From: Eledone cirrhosa
Taxonomy: Eukaryota
Direction of reading: 5' to 3'
Length of the DNA stretch: 64,000 nt
Assembly: GCA_964016885.1 (NCBI GenBank)
Contig: OZ024749.1
Coordinates: 55,366,001 to 55,430,000, forward strand
Position numbers and translations under genes: made by a program. The notes below the pieces were generated by a model. It saw only the letters and a program-made list of their open reading frames with translations. It did no database searches and had not been told where the DNA came from. Positions 41,426 through 60,025 of the stretch are shown piece by piece (the stretch's first letter is position 1; every line of letters begins with the position of its first letter).

Positions 41426-43138
41426 TATGATCAAAGGTGTATTAATCATGGCCATCCAATCTTATCAAATATCAGAAGCATGAGAAACAAAGTTGACCAT
41501 GGCAGGATTTGAACTCAGAACATAAAGAGCAAAGATAATTTCACATACAGGCAGAAAGCTACAGAATATTTTGTGGGTGTGTCAAATTAATCCACCCTGG
41601 GTAGCAAGTATAAACAATTCACCCCCACCCCAGTATTTTACTGGTATTTTGTTGACCTCAGAATGATGAAAAGCAAATTTAAAGTCAGCAGGATTTGACT
41701 AGAGAACTGTTGTAACTATAACAACCAAGAAGAGGATACCAATCCGAATATACACCAGTTAGTTATAGTAGTGGCTGTTTAGCCCCAAGGTAGCCAGCTT
41801 ATAATATCAGGCAATCCAATCACGACCAACCTATTTAAATTATGCATGCAAGACAACCACCATCCAATATGTTGTTCCTTTTTTTCAGAGTGAAATTTGA
41901 AGGAGATTTAACTTATTTTTATCAGGTCAAGTAATCCAACCACATTAGATTCCTCGGTAGTAGTAGCATCAGTATTACCATTAGTTATCTATAGAACTTA
42001 TTTGCCAGGAGTTGCTACCAGTAGACAGTTCCAGCAATTGGAAAGACCAATGGAAACATTGTTTCCTTGGTCCAATCTGACAAGTTCCACCCCACTTGGT
42101 AAGCAAATGAAGTTAATCTTGTTGATTCAGATCATGTGATCTATAGAACAATAAATTCCATCAACACTTCCATAGGTCAAGAAATATATATTTTGGTATT
42201 TTGGTATTTTTTCCTGGCTAAATTAATAACACATCTACACACATGTTTAAACACACACACACACCCACACCAATAAAACAAAATAAAGAAAAATTCGAAA
42301 AAAACTACAAATAAAAGAAATGACTCTTGTATAATCCACACCCACCCTCCCGGCCTACCACAAAATCTATGAAAAGAAAAGGAAAAGAAAAGTAAAAAAA
42401 ACAACGAAAGAAGTAATACAACTAATACTACAACTAAATCAACTGCAACAACAAGAACAATAACTAAAACCCTCCTAGAAAGAAATAGTTTTTTAGTTGT
42501 TCAATTCTATCAGCAGCTATTTTCAACTTTAATATAACAGGAAACACGTAATTAAAAGGAAAACATATTTTTATGGCAAGCAGCTCATTTAAAAAGGTAA
42601 AAAATAAAGAATGACAGGAAAGAAAACACATACACACAAAAAAATAACAAAAAAAAACAAACTAGATGTTATTTATAGAGGATAACTCAATTGGAGCACT
42701 TTGGCTATTTTCACGAATATTTTCACAGAAATGAATAAGAAATAAATAAATAAGGAAATAAAAACTATATAAACAAAAATAAAATAAACGATTCAAAATT
42801 TAAAATGAAAAAAAAAAAAAGATGGAAAAGAAAAACGATGAAATAGAAAAATACACAAGAAGAAAACCTTATTTAGTTTTAGATAGAAATAAAACCTAAG
42901 CGAACATTAAATTGATTTTCATTCTTCATGAAGAGTGACTACATTTGAAAAATGTAATGGATGATAATGATGGTGATGGTGGTGATGGAGGTGATGATGG
43001 CGGATATATACTAGTCTTCCTTCAGGGTAATTATTTTTCGAAATACACACAACTTTCAGAAGAATTAATTTCAATCTATAATTGCTTAACTACTGTACCA
43101 GATTTCAAAATGAAAAAAAAAAAAAAAAATCTACATAT

Positions 43139-43208
<70 letters not shown>

Positions 43209-43276
43209 GTAACCTATAAATTTGAAAATAACAACAACACCAAGAAGAACAACGATAATTGCTAAAACCACACACA

Positions 43277-43314
<38 letters not shown>

Positions 43315-45659
43315 TCATCATTTTACGTCCGCTTTTCCATGCTTGCAAGGGTGGGACATATATATGTATATATAACAATCATCATTTTGCTTTCCATGCT
43401 TGAATGGATTGTTGGATGGGTGTTAATGGACGAATCAGTTCTTAATCAGGGTGACGACATGAGGTTTGTTATGTTCCAAACTTTGACATGGTTTCTATAG
43501 CTGGATGTCTGCCTTAGAACCAACCATTTTACAGAATATACTGGCTGCATATAATCAGACAAGTTGTTAAGTCCTCAACAAGATTTAAGAGTCTCCTCTA
43601 CTCTATATTCCAATCAAGGGCCTTTCTCATTCCTGTTGGAGGAACCTCTCCCTAGTTGACTTCTGTTTTTGTTTTGCTCATGTTTTCAGAGGTGTAGCTA
43701 TACTATCCATGCTTGGTTAACAGCAGGTTGATGAGGCTATTTAACCCATAATTGTGGTGGATGGCCACTCTAAGGAGCTCATCTGCCCCTTTAACAATTC
43801 TTGTTTTTTGTTCCACTTATCCTCCTCACCAGGCTTGTAACATATTGTCACCGCTCGATTACACAGGGCAGGATTATCTATTAAGCAAAACAAGCACATG
43901 CTTAGGGTATCACGATATAATGGGCACCATTTTATTTAAATTAAATATATTTGTCATACCCCGCAAAACTTCTTTGACTCTATATAGGGGAGAGGGGGCA
44001 CCATAATCTTTTATATGCTTTTATACTAGCACCTACAGAGATTGTCATATCTTCGACAAAATTAAAGAAATAGACTGGTGGCTTATAAAAAAAAAGAAAG
44101 TAAAAATGTTGGATAGGGAGATCAGCAGGGAAGTAGCATAAAGCAGCGTTGCAGGATACCAATAGTGGGTTATTATGGTGTGAGTGATGGGGGAAATACA
44201 GGGATGAGAGAGTGGTAGATGTCATGAAGTGAGTGATAGAGGTTACACAGGGATGAGAGAATGGTAGATATCAGCTGAGAGTGATGGCGGTTACACAGGG
44301 ATGAAGGAGTGGTAGCTATCATGATGTCAGTAATGGAGGTTACACATGGATGACAGAGTGGTAGATATCAGCTGAAAGTCGCTGGTCACAGCTGATCGAT
44401 CGTATGGTGTGAGTGATGGGGGTGACACAGAAGAGAGAGTGGGGCAAGTTAACTGAGTATTTCTATTAAACAGGAATACCAATAGAGATGAAGGGATAGG
44501 AAGTAGATAATGTCAATATGGAGAAAGACAGCGATATGGATATGGTCAAAACCAATGTGAGGGTGAGAGAAAGATGATGATGACGATGATGTATCGGTTT
44601 GTATCCATATAACTACACACATACATGAATACAATTATCTACTGCTTTCTCCACACATGCCCACTTTTTCCAATTATTGAATATAAAGTTACTACAAATA
44701 AGACCATTATTGCTCCAATCAGTCCACAAAACACCCTAAACCGAACGCTAACCTGCACTCATGACTCCAGTTGAGTGAAACCACGACCCACTCACCAAAT
44801 TCGACAAACTGAATGCGGACTACCCACCTTCCCAAAAATGTAAAGCATAACCCTAACTAGTATCATCATGTGGCAGAAGAGGCAATCTCCCCATCCCTGA
44901 CCATCGGAGAAATAAATAAATAAGTGGTATCAATGATGATGGCAGAAGATGTTTTATATATATATATATATATATATCAATTATTATCCCTGAAAATCTA
45001 AATGTAAAGTAAAAGTGTACGCAGGAGATGACCAACCAATTCAGTGATATGAAGAATACATTTGCAGAAGAGGAACAATAACAGTTACAGCCAGCAAGAC
45101 CGTGCAAGTAAACATTACTGATGATGATGGTGATGATGATGGTTTCTAAGATTGGCCCCAAAAGTCATACATTTCAAGAAAATGTTACCAAGAGTCATAT
45201 GAATTGATCCCCTGCTCCACCTGTCATCCCATGGTACTATATCAAACCCGACCCCACCTCAGCAAGGATCAACGATAGAGTTGGACCAACCTCCTGTCCA
45301 AATTCCCCGCCACTGTTCCGGTTGTGCCATCACCCAACTCCCTATTGATAATAATAATAATGATGATGAAGAAAATAATAATAATGGTTTCTGATATAGG
45401 CAAAAGGCCAGCAAAGTTGGGAGAGGAGAAAGTCGATTAAATCAACCCCAGTGCATTACTGGTACTTTATTTATCGACCCCGTAAGGATGAATGGCAAAG
45501 CTAACCTTAATAATAGTAATAATAGTGGAAGAAGTAGTGGTGGTGGTTTTATTCAAACCAACTTTCTAAATAGATCAATAATTAAAAATAATTCAATATT
45601 AAGATAAGTGGAGTTATATAGTATGTAACAAAAAATAACGATAATTAAATAAATAACGA

Positions 45660-45982
45660 TGCAACCCCAACTAGAAATCAGTGCAAGCAGAGGTAGTAGT
45701 AGTAGTAATAATAATAATAGTAATAATAATAGATCAAAACATACACATAGTGAGAACAAGGTGCGATGTGGGGGAGGGGAGAGAAACGGGCAGAGCAGCA
45801 GCATTGCAATAGCTGGACAGCAAACGTTAACACGGATGTATGAAAACAAAAGTTGTGTGATGGCGGTAAAGGGTGGACGGGTGGGCGGGGAGCATGAGCA
45901 GGCAACAGGACAGAAAAGCGATGAAAAGAAATTTTTTTAAAATTTTAATTTTTGCACGATTGTCAAGCAGTGTCCGCCCTAC
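45660..45982 (-). promoter_or_regulatory. YGCY-rich intronic island just downstream of the ZnF3/4 exon
   Basis: About 13 YGCY motifs in about 300 nt of locally GC-rich unique sequence. Confidence 0.55.
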
Positions 45983-46225
45983 CAGAGCTCGAGTCGGTGC
46001 AGCAGCAGCTGCAGCCCGTTGTTGCACGGCTTTAATCTGCGCCTGCAGGTGAAGTGGAGGGTGAAAATATTTGCACGAGTCCCGTGTACACTTTCCCTTC
46101 ATGTAATCCATACATACTGTTACCGTGTTGTCGGAAGGGTCAACTGTTACATTTTCAGGTGGGTGTGCATAGCGACAGTCATTAGGCTGTCGCGTGCAAG
46201 TACATCTTTGAAATTCACGACATAC
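45983..46225 (-). CDS. mbl: muscleblind-like exon encoding the tandem CCCH zinc-finger pair ZnF3/ZnF4 plus Ala-rich linker (243 nt, phase 0/0)
   Basis: Translates [22 protein letters not shown]...[50 protein letters not shown], matching MBNL ZnF3/4 (VCRE..QR..C.R...DCR.AHP; [28 protein letters not shown]). Acceptor TTTCTTTCCGTCTCTTTCAG|GTA; donor CTG|GTAGGG. Confidence 0.97.
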
Positions 46226-46509
46226 CTGAAAGAGACGGAAAGAAATAGCAAAAGGCAAAAAAAAAATTGTAAAAAAAAAAAGAAAAACCCATATTTTTTC
46301 TTTTTTCTTTTTCTATTCTTAAAATGTTAGTGACCAGTAAGAGACGGTTGTAGATTGTTTCAGGGGTGAACTGAGGTGATTCCATTCTGTTTGAGTGAGT
46401 TAATATGTGATCTCCAGTGAGAGTGTGATGTGATGCCGTTCAAACGAGTCTTTTACAAGAAGAATTTCACATGTAGACCAGCATGCTGTGTATACAACTC
46501 ATAGTTTAA

Positions 46510-46717
46510 CCCTTTAGCAATTACATTACTCCATATTTACTATTATATTTCCATGGTAAAGGCTTTATCTCACATAATATCGAATCTATGAGATTTTGAT
46601 ATAATTTATTTTGAGAACAATACCTTAACATGAGTATGAGTGACCTGTTACGGTCGGTTTGAAGAGAAAGAGGTGAGGGAATTCTGGCCGGATACGGCCG
46701 GTTTAAATGCTAAAGGG
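46510..46717. mobile_element. piggyBac-type MITE, copy 4
   Basis: TTAA|CCCTTTAGCA ... TGCTAAAGGG|TTAA. Confidence 0.88.
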
Positions 46718-47825
46718 TTAAACAAAATATTCCACAGGGAGTCGTGAATGTGTTGAAGTGTGATTTGAACATGTCGTATCCATGGAGGTCTAGAGTGTAT
46801 GTATCATGTGGTATAATATTGTATAAAACAGAAGTGTGTGTGTGTGTTTTATACATTAACCAGACTATTCACATGGAGTGATGGGATGTTGAGCCATGGT
46901 TTGAGCATGTTGCCTCCATGTAATCTTGAGAGTACGCGTGGTATGCTACGATATATTGTATAGATAAGAGAGATGCAGTGTGTTTCATACATAAACCAGA
47001 ATACTCCCGCAGAGTCAAGGTGTGTTGTAGGGATTTTGGTAAGTTTTGGTCATGTAACCTAAAGTTTATCCTTTGGTTCAACATGAAGAACTCCACATGT
47101 AGGTTTGATGTGAACACATTTAAAGAAATTCTCATGGTGGTTGCAGAAGCGTACCATGTCACTTGAAGTGTGATCTGATGCAAGAGATTGGTGTAAGTTT
47201 CGAGATAGAGATCAGTCTAGAATTATAAAGAAATGTATATATTGATCAGAGACCAAGACTTTTCAATACGGAGGCGAGAATATTAAAATTGAGTTCAGAA
47301 AGTAAGGCAGGATTTGAGTAGATGTTTTGTTATGTACAGCCCACAAGATAAGTCATAATGTGAATAAAATTCACAATCGAAAATGATCTGTGAACATTTC
47401 ACCATGTATTTTGAAGACTGATGTGTAGTATGATGTGGAGAAAAATGACACGGAGATCAGTGAATAGAATCTGGAGTCTGTGGTGTGTGGTTTAAGTGAA
47501 TTAAAATAGTTTGAAAGTTGTCTGATGCTGTGATTGGCATGAAAGGCTTGATGATGTGATGTTGTATGGAGGGGTTCACATGTTCTCATGTAGACCATAC
47601 ACAGCATGTAGTAAGTTTGAAGAAAATATGGTTTTTGTTAAAAATTCCATAGCTACTCTTCAAAGATTTATATCCCAGAAGATTAAAAGCAGCAGTTGGA
47701 GCTTAATGAAACAAAAAGCAATGAAGCATTAATTAACAACAAAGAGAACTTCAACAAAATACATAGCTTGGCTAGTGGAAGATTTGCACCAGATTTAAAG
47801 GACAAAGCAGTTGCTGCATGACTAG

Positions 47826-48138
47826 TAGCTACACAGATGCCAGAGCAGGGTTGGAGCTGTGGAAAATTAGGACAGCTACACAGATGCCAGAGCAGGGTTG
47901 GAGCTGTGGAAAATTAGGACAGCTACATAGATGCCAGAGCAGGGTTGGAGCTGTGGAAAATTAGGACAGCTACACAGATGCCAGAGCAGGGTTGGAGCTG
48001 TGGAAAATTAGGACAGCTACATAGATGCCAGAGCAGGGTTGGAGCTGTGGAAAATTAGATTAGGACAGCTACATAGATGCCAGAGTAGGGTAAGAGCTGT
48101 GGAAAATTAGGACAGCTACATAGATGCCGCAGCAGGGT
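47826..48138. repeat. minisatellite, 47-bp unit, 6-7 copies
   Basis: GACAGCTACACAGATGCCAGAGCAGGGTTGGAGCTGTGGAAAATTAG in tandem. Confidence 0.95.
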
Positions 48139-49271
48139 CTCTTGACCAATGACTAAAGTAGGACAACTTAAATGGACACAATGGTAATAATGGTGGAAGA
48201 GGAGGTAGCAATGATGATGGTACTAATTATTCTAATGGCAATGGTGTCATCTGTGATGATGGCAGTTCATAGCAGTCGCAATAATTAAATAAAGGGAAAT
48301 AAATTAGCAAAACCTTTAGATTCCTCCGGCCCATTTGTGTGGTCAGTGGCCTCACTTGAATAGCAATCTGGACAGTTTGTTTCTGACAGGACCCACTGGA
48401 AAGAATGTTTGAGGACTCTACACCCCTCCCAGGAATAAGTAAGCAAAGAAGATGAAGAAGAAGACAACACATTATAGTCTCTGAAGGATTTTGCATAATA
48501 GCTTCTAAATTTAGTTTCAATTTGTGACATAAGGCTGACTATCAACATCTGTCCCTTCACACACATCATAAATTACATGGCACCACCCCTAAAAATGTTT
48601 GCACAAGTTAAAGGTACTTCATTGAGTGAATGTAATAATAAAACAGATTTTTTTTAAAAAAAAAAGGTATTGTTGATGTAGAAGATATAGTAGTAGTAAA
48701 ATTGTTGTGAAAATGATGACAATGACGATGGCGATGGCGATGGCGATGATGATGATGATGATGATCTTTGATGAGTGATGAAAATTGAGAAGATAGGTGA
48801 AGAAGATGACGATAATGAAAGTTTTATAAACATTCATAATTCACACACACACAAAAACAAATCAAGACTTGAGTTTTTTCCCCTTACTGAATTTTGTTGA
48901 TTGACCGTCAAAAGAGAAAAAGAGGAATGGAGAAGATATCACCCTAACCACTAAGCTACTGTCCTTCACCTGAGCTTTTTATCCTTTGAGAACCAACAAA
49001 ATAAACTACCAATCTACCAATTGGAATTAATAGAACTGACTAATAGAACTATTTCTTATGGCCTAATGGTTAGGATGTTTGACGTAGGATTGTAATGTTG
49101 TCGGTTTCATTCCTGGTACTTTATTTTATTGACCGCCGTAAGGATGAAAGCAAAGCTAACCTCAGTGGAATTTGAACTCAGACCACCCTTTATTATAATA
49201 ATAATATTAACAGCAACAACACTACAATGAAAGCAGGGTCTTTGAATTTGCTGCCATTAATGTCTTAATTC

Positions 49272-49444
49272 TATGTAAAGTTTTCTATTTCTATGTTCTA
49301 TAACACATTTATGGAGGAGCTGGTGGTGGTGGTATGGTGGTATGGTGGTGGTGATGATGGTGGTAATGTGATAGTATATTCCTAGCAACTATAAACTTAT
49401 GTTAAGACACCATTGACAGTTAGAGGTGTCAATTGTCCTTCTAC
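49272..49444 (+). repeat. about 170-bp direct duplication; second copy at about 52487-52650
   Basis: TGTAAAGTTTTCTATTTCTATGTTCTATAACACATTTATGGAGGAGCTGG...AGAGGTGTCAAT nearly identical at both sites. Confidence 0.85.
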
Positions 49445-50405
49445 TAACAAACATCACATTCCATTAAAAATGTTATTTAAAAAACAAAAATGTCTAAATG
49501 AAATTCAACATTTAAATAATGTCTCATTTAAGAGACAAAACTAAATATAAAATAAATAAATAAAATAAATAAAATAAATTAGATAAATAAATAAAATAAA
49601 TTAGATAAATAAATAAAATAAATAAATAAGAAAAAGGTGAGGCTAGAAATGAAGAATGAAATCATAGCAATTAAGAAGCTAGGAAGGTGTTTTTATATAG
49701 AGAGAAGACAAGAGAAAGAGGTGTATATATATATATATGAGTGTACCTTATGAATTACTGGCACAAGACCAACAATTTGGTGAAGGTGGGGGAGTCGATT
49801 AAATTGAGCCCCAGTACGTTACTGGTACTTTATTTTATCGATCCTCTGTAAGGATGAAAGGCAAAGCTAATTTCGGAGGGATTTGTACTCAGAAAGGGAC
49901 GTAATTATATGCCACAAAGCATGTTGTTGGATGCTCTGCCGATTACTGTTAAGCTACCACACTACAACAATGATAACAATGTCAACAACAATAATGACAA
50001 TTATTATTATTATTATTTTGTTTTTGAAGAAATGGTTGTTGCCTGATGCTGGCAACAAGCATCTCTAAGACTTGAAACTGCTTAAGATTGGCCTTAATGT
50101 GTCTTACACACAGGAAATGTAGAGTTTAAAAGGAAAACAAATCTAAAATATAATAATAATAATAAATACATAGTGAAGTTAAATAATATATAAAATTTAA
50201 AACAAAATAGCTTTGATAGGTGAATGAAGATAATCATTATAGATGAAATGTAGATGATGGTGGTGGTGGTGATGATAATGATGATGATGATGATGGCGAC
50301 AATTTTGATGAGGTATTGACAAAAATAATTATAATATAAACCTCTACGAATTAAATGAACGTGTGTTTAAATATATAGCTTTCCTATAGCATTTATGTGG
50401 TTGAC

Positions 50406-50437
<32 letters not shown>

Positions 50438-52337
50438 ATGCACGCACTGACATATATATATATATATATACACACATACATGCACACACTGACATATATA
50501 TATATATATATACACACATACATGCACACACTGACATATATATACACACATACATCATACATGCACACACTCAGAAAACAACACACATACATACACAATC
50601 ACACATATACACATACACTTATTAAGAATACTCAACGGATCCATCAGGAGCTACAGGTCTATTTATATGTATATACATTCCATTGAGGGGTTTATAGAGA
50701 ACATGTATTTACTTGGGATGAAAACCAGTCTCCAAAAGACATTTACCATAAGGAACAACTTTCTGAACTGAGTTAATGATACAAAGAAAAGGTATCTGCT
50801 GAGATCAAAAATAGAACCTTATCCCATCCCACCACACTCGACATATTCTTGAAGATATCCGAGTAAAGGACATCTTGACAGAAGACAATACAAGGTAGCA
50901 CTTTTAGCATGAAACAAATCTACTATGAAATGGTAAAAGAATGGATCTGCTTATAGAAGTTACCAGAGGACAGCAAACATTTTGAAGTGTGATTAAGGAA
51001 AGGAAAATTTGTTAGTAAGAATCAAATCCAGTTTGGTGACAATAAGACAATGACATAACCGTATGAAGAACAATTTATATTCCTTAAGACAAGCTAACCA
51101 CATAGATTCTTTTTAGATGTGAAGGTGAAGATTTTTAAGGCAAGATGGTATTTTAAGATGAGGAGATAGGATAGATAAATTTTAAAATGAAATGCTATGA
51201 TAGAGGAGGTTTTTAAGCTAAGATACTATCCTAAAAAGAGCTTTTAAATTGTGGGATGCAGCATGATAGGAAACAAAGGGATTTTATTTTAGGAAAGTTG
51301 GTGTCAAAGACAATCTTTTTGGTGAAAAGAATTTCTTCTTAGTTTATATAGTGTGAAGTTGAGATTTCTAAAGACAGGATGGGAGGAAGAAGCATGTCTT
51401 TAAGACAAGCTCATGGAAAAGTTCTTACTATAGATATCATTTAACAAGAAAAATATCTTTTTGAAGGACAGTAGAGAAAAAATATGGCAGAAAAACACTG
51501 TTTTATGAAGACTGCCAAACAAAATAGATAGCTTTTAGCTTTTCTTTTGTGTTTGAAAAGAAAAAAGAATTGCAGAGAATATCACATAGCAAGCATGATC
51601 TTCAGAAGAGGAATGGTGAAAATGTGTGTTTGTATATATATATACACACATACATACAGAGAAAAGAGTAACAGTGAGAGGAGAAAGAGAGGGGAAGTAC
51701 AAGAAATGGCAGACATGTTAAGAAGTAATTTTCACCATCTTTCTACTATATTGTTCACAAAATGGAGAGATGAAGAAAGACAGCGAAACAGAAAGGAATA
51801 CAAAAAATACAACACAAAAAGTATTTTAAAAACAAACAACGAATACCAAAACCCAAAGAAAAAGGTAATTACTGTGACCAATGGGTGTAGATTGAACTGT
51901 TTTACTGAGAGTGGAATAAATGAGATCTTTAACCATAGGTGAATTGAGGTGAGTATGAAGAGAGATCAAGCACTGAACTAATATGGATTCACTGATGCAT
52001 ACAGTCTCACACTCATAGATTCATGCATACATACACACAGATTCATGCATGCAGACACATACAGCACACTGAAACACACATACACATCATGCGTATACAA
52101 ATACACAATACTACATTTACTATAAACACAATATTCATAAATAGATGTTCACTATATGTATATAAAGACACACAAACATACATATATGTGTGTCTATTTT
52201 TATATATATATATCCTGTTGTAGTTGACAGATGAGAGAAAATAAAGTACTCAATACCGAAGTAGAGTGTTTAAATATGATGACCGTGTGTGTCAAGACTC
52301 ACGATTTAGCCATAATGAATGAATATGCCTTTTTAAT

Positions 52338-52382
<45 letters not shown>

Positions 52383-52696
52383 GCACATATATGATGATAA
52401 TTTGGCTTCTCAGCAACATGAAACTCGGAGTAACAACTTAAAGACCTTCAGCTTACAATTAATTGTGTGTATAAATAAATTTAGGTGTGTAAAGTTTTCT
52501 ATTTCTATGTTCTATAACACATTTATGGAGGAGCTGGTGGTGGTGATATGGTGGTGGTGGTGGTGGTGATGATTTGATAGTTATATTCCTAGCAACTATA
52601 AACTTATGTTAAGACACCATTGACAGCTAGAGGTGTCAATCGTCCTTCTACACACATATATCTATCTCTATATATACATACACTTCCTCCACCTTT

Positions 52697-52736
<40 letters not shown>

Positions 52737-54720
52737 CAACAACAATAACAGCACCAACAAGAATAAAACTTCTCAAATTGAAAACCTCAGAAAGTTGTAA
52801 CAGAAATGAGATATTCTTCACAAGGAACTTTCTAGATAGAAACCGAACAAAAAACAAAAGTATAAATAAATCAAAAGGTAAATCTTGCATACCATCATGA
52901 TGTAAACCGGCCATAGAAATACGTATTATGTAATTGTGTAACATTAAAGGAATATATTGGAATCTGACCATCTATTTTCATTGAGGCATATATATATATA
53001 TATATATGAAGGAAGTTATATAAACCTGACTGTGTACATGTACACACACATATATATATACTTATACATGTACACACTCTGCAATAGTGGTGGTGGTGGT
53101 GGTAGAGGTGGTAGTAGTGGTGGTAGTAATAGCAATGGTGATGGTGGTTATGGTTGTAGTAATAGTAGTAGTGGTGGTGGTGGTGGTGGTAGCGGTGGTG
53201 CTGGTGGTGGTAATGCCAGAGGTGTCAGTCTAGGGTTGCACCCTGCCACCCAACATTTGAATTGTTTCCTATTTGTCTTCATACCCCTATAGTGCAAGCT
53301 ACACTGTCTTACCCACCCAGCTCATCTGACAGACCCTTAGCTTTCTGTTCTTCACACTACTCCCACTTCTACTCTACATAACAGAGAGAGAGAGGGAGGA
53401 AGTGCACCTCCTCCAACACACCCCAGGGAGTGCTGTACCCAGCTTCTCAAGACAAGTCTTTCACACCTTTCCCAGTTTTCTCAGCACCACTGCCATCCAT
53501 CAGCTGCCACCCCCTTCTACCACTCATCTACCCCACCTACTTGAGACAGCTAGATTGCCAAGTTCAACATACAATATATATTGGGGCTGTCTGTCTCCTT
53601 AAGCCTCTGCACCTCCTCCTCCTCCTCTTACTCCTCCATCCCCTCCATCAACATTAACAGCCAGGCAACTACCACCATAATCAGTACTACCATCAACACC
53701 ATCACAACCACTACCATAAACCACCACCAGTCCCATAAGCATGACCACTACCACTACCACCACCACCACCACCATCACAACCTCCACCACCACCACCACC
53801 ATCACAACCTCCACCACCACCATTACTGAAACTATCACAACCACTGCAACCACCACCATCACTACTACTACTACCACCACCACCACCACCACTATGACCA
53901 CCACTGGCTATACCATCAACAACATACCCTTCCCAGTCCCCCTTCTGCCCTCACTAGGACAGCTACACACTACAGTGAGATAAGCCAATCATCCTGCTGT
54001 TCCAACTCCACCCCCTCTCTTGCCCACTCTTATAAAGGACACCCAACCCTGACATCTTTGCTACTAACACAGACAGACACACACAGGGACATATATACAT
54101 ACAAACAGATACATAGACACACAGACATACACACTTACACAGGGACATATATACATACAAACACAGATACATACAGAGACATACATATACAAACACAGGG
54201 ACATACATAGACATACATAATACACACATGCTAGCAGATAGACATTAAATGATGATGATGATGACACAAATATATGCTTACACAATCACGCACACTTACA
54301 TATATATACACACAAACATACATGAACACACATACCTCCCAAAAAGCTCCAATTCCTTCTGGGCACAATCCTCTTCTCCCCCACTTACACACATACTTCT
54401 ACCAACCTCATTAGATATCCCACTACCACCACTCCCACCACCACCTTTATTACCACACCACCGCCACAACTACCACCACAATATAAGCACAGCCCCTCCT
54501 CCCTCCAAACACTCCAAGATCCTCCACCTCTCTGTCCACCACCACCAGCCCCACCACTACACATGGAGCATGTTCATTAATCCCTCTGTCACCCATCACC
54601 ACTATCACCACTACCACCACCACCACCACTTTTCACTTCAGCCTCAACATCATTACATAAAACAGGAAGTGGAAATCTTCACAACATAACACCTAATACA
54701 ATGAAACTAAATGAGACAAA

Positions 54721-55078
54721 ACCAGACTAAACCTGTCGAGTTAGACCAGACTAAACTAGTCGAGTTAGACCAGACTAAACTAGTCGAGTTAGACCAGACT
54801 AAACTAGTCGAGTTAGACCAGACTAAACTAGTCGAGTTAGACCAGACTAAACTAGTCGAGTTAGACCAGACTAAACTATTCGAGTTAGACCAGACTAAAC
54901 TAGTCGAGTTAGACCAGACTAAACCAGGTAAGGTAGACAAGACTAAACCAGATGAGTTAGACAAGACTAAACCAGATAAGTTAGACAAGACTAAACCAGA
55001 TGAGTTAGACAAGACTAAACCAGATGAGTTAGACAAGACTAAACCAGATGACTAAACCAGATGAGTTAGACCAGACTG
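54721..55078. repeat. minisatellite, 24-bp unit, about 15 copies in two variant blocks
   Basis: ACCAGACTAAACTAGTCGAGTTAG followed by ACAAGACTAAACCAGATGAGTTAG. Confidence 0.95.
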
Positions 55079-55391
55079 AACCAAACTAAACTAAACTAGA
55101 TTGTATGATGTGTGTGTCTATCTATCTGTCTCTATGCATGTGTGTGTATGTGTGTGTGTGTGTCTGTGTATCTGTCTCTAAGTATGTTTATATACACACA
55201 TCTGTGTGTATATATACACACCAGAGGCATAAGTAGGGTATGCTAAGTGCCATAGGTGCCACTTGAACTAAAACACTTTCTATTAAAGTCAGATAAGTTG
55301 TTGGAGATTGAAAAAAGAAACCTTTCTTTATACCTACTCTGCTTCTTCTCATGCATAGAGTACTCTCCTGTTTTGTGGTCTCACACCACAG

Positions 55392-55432
<41 letters not shown>

Positions 55433-55614
55433 TACATACATACATACACATATATATACTCATTCCTATGACTAGGTGACAAAGAATTTAAAGTATGTAT
55501 ATTATGAATTAATGACAGAGACAGTTATATAAACAATATAGAAACAACTATCAAAAAATGAAAGGTTCTTTTGTCCTTTTTCCAATCTCAAATTAGTACA
55601 TACGGATGTATTTA

Positions 55615-60025
<4,411 letters not shown>

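Noticed and set aside
54707-55055. TKLVELDQ-repeat ORF resembling a surface repeat protein
   Set aside because: A 24-bp minisatellite open on both strands, with no unique coding flanks or convincing splice sites.
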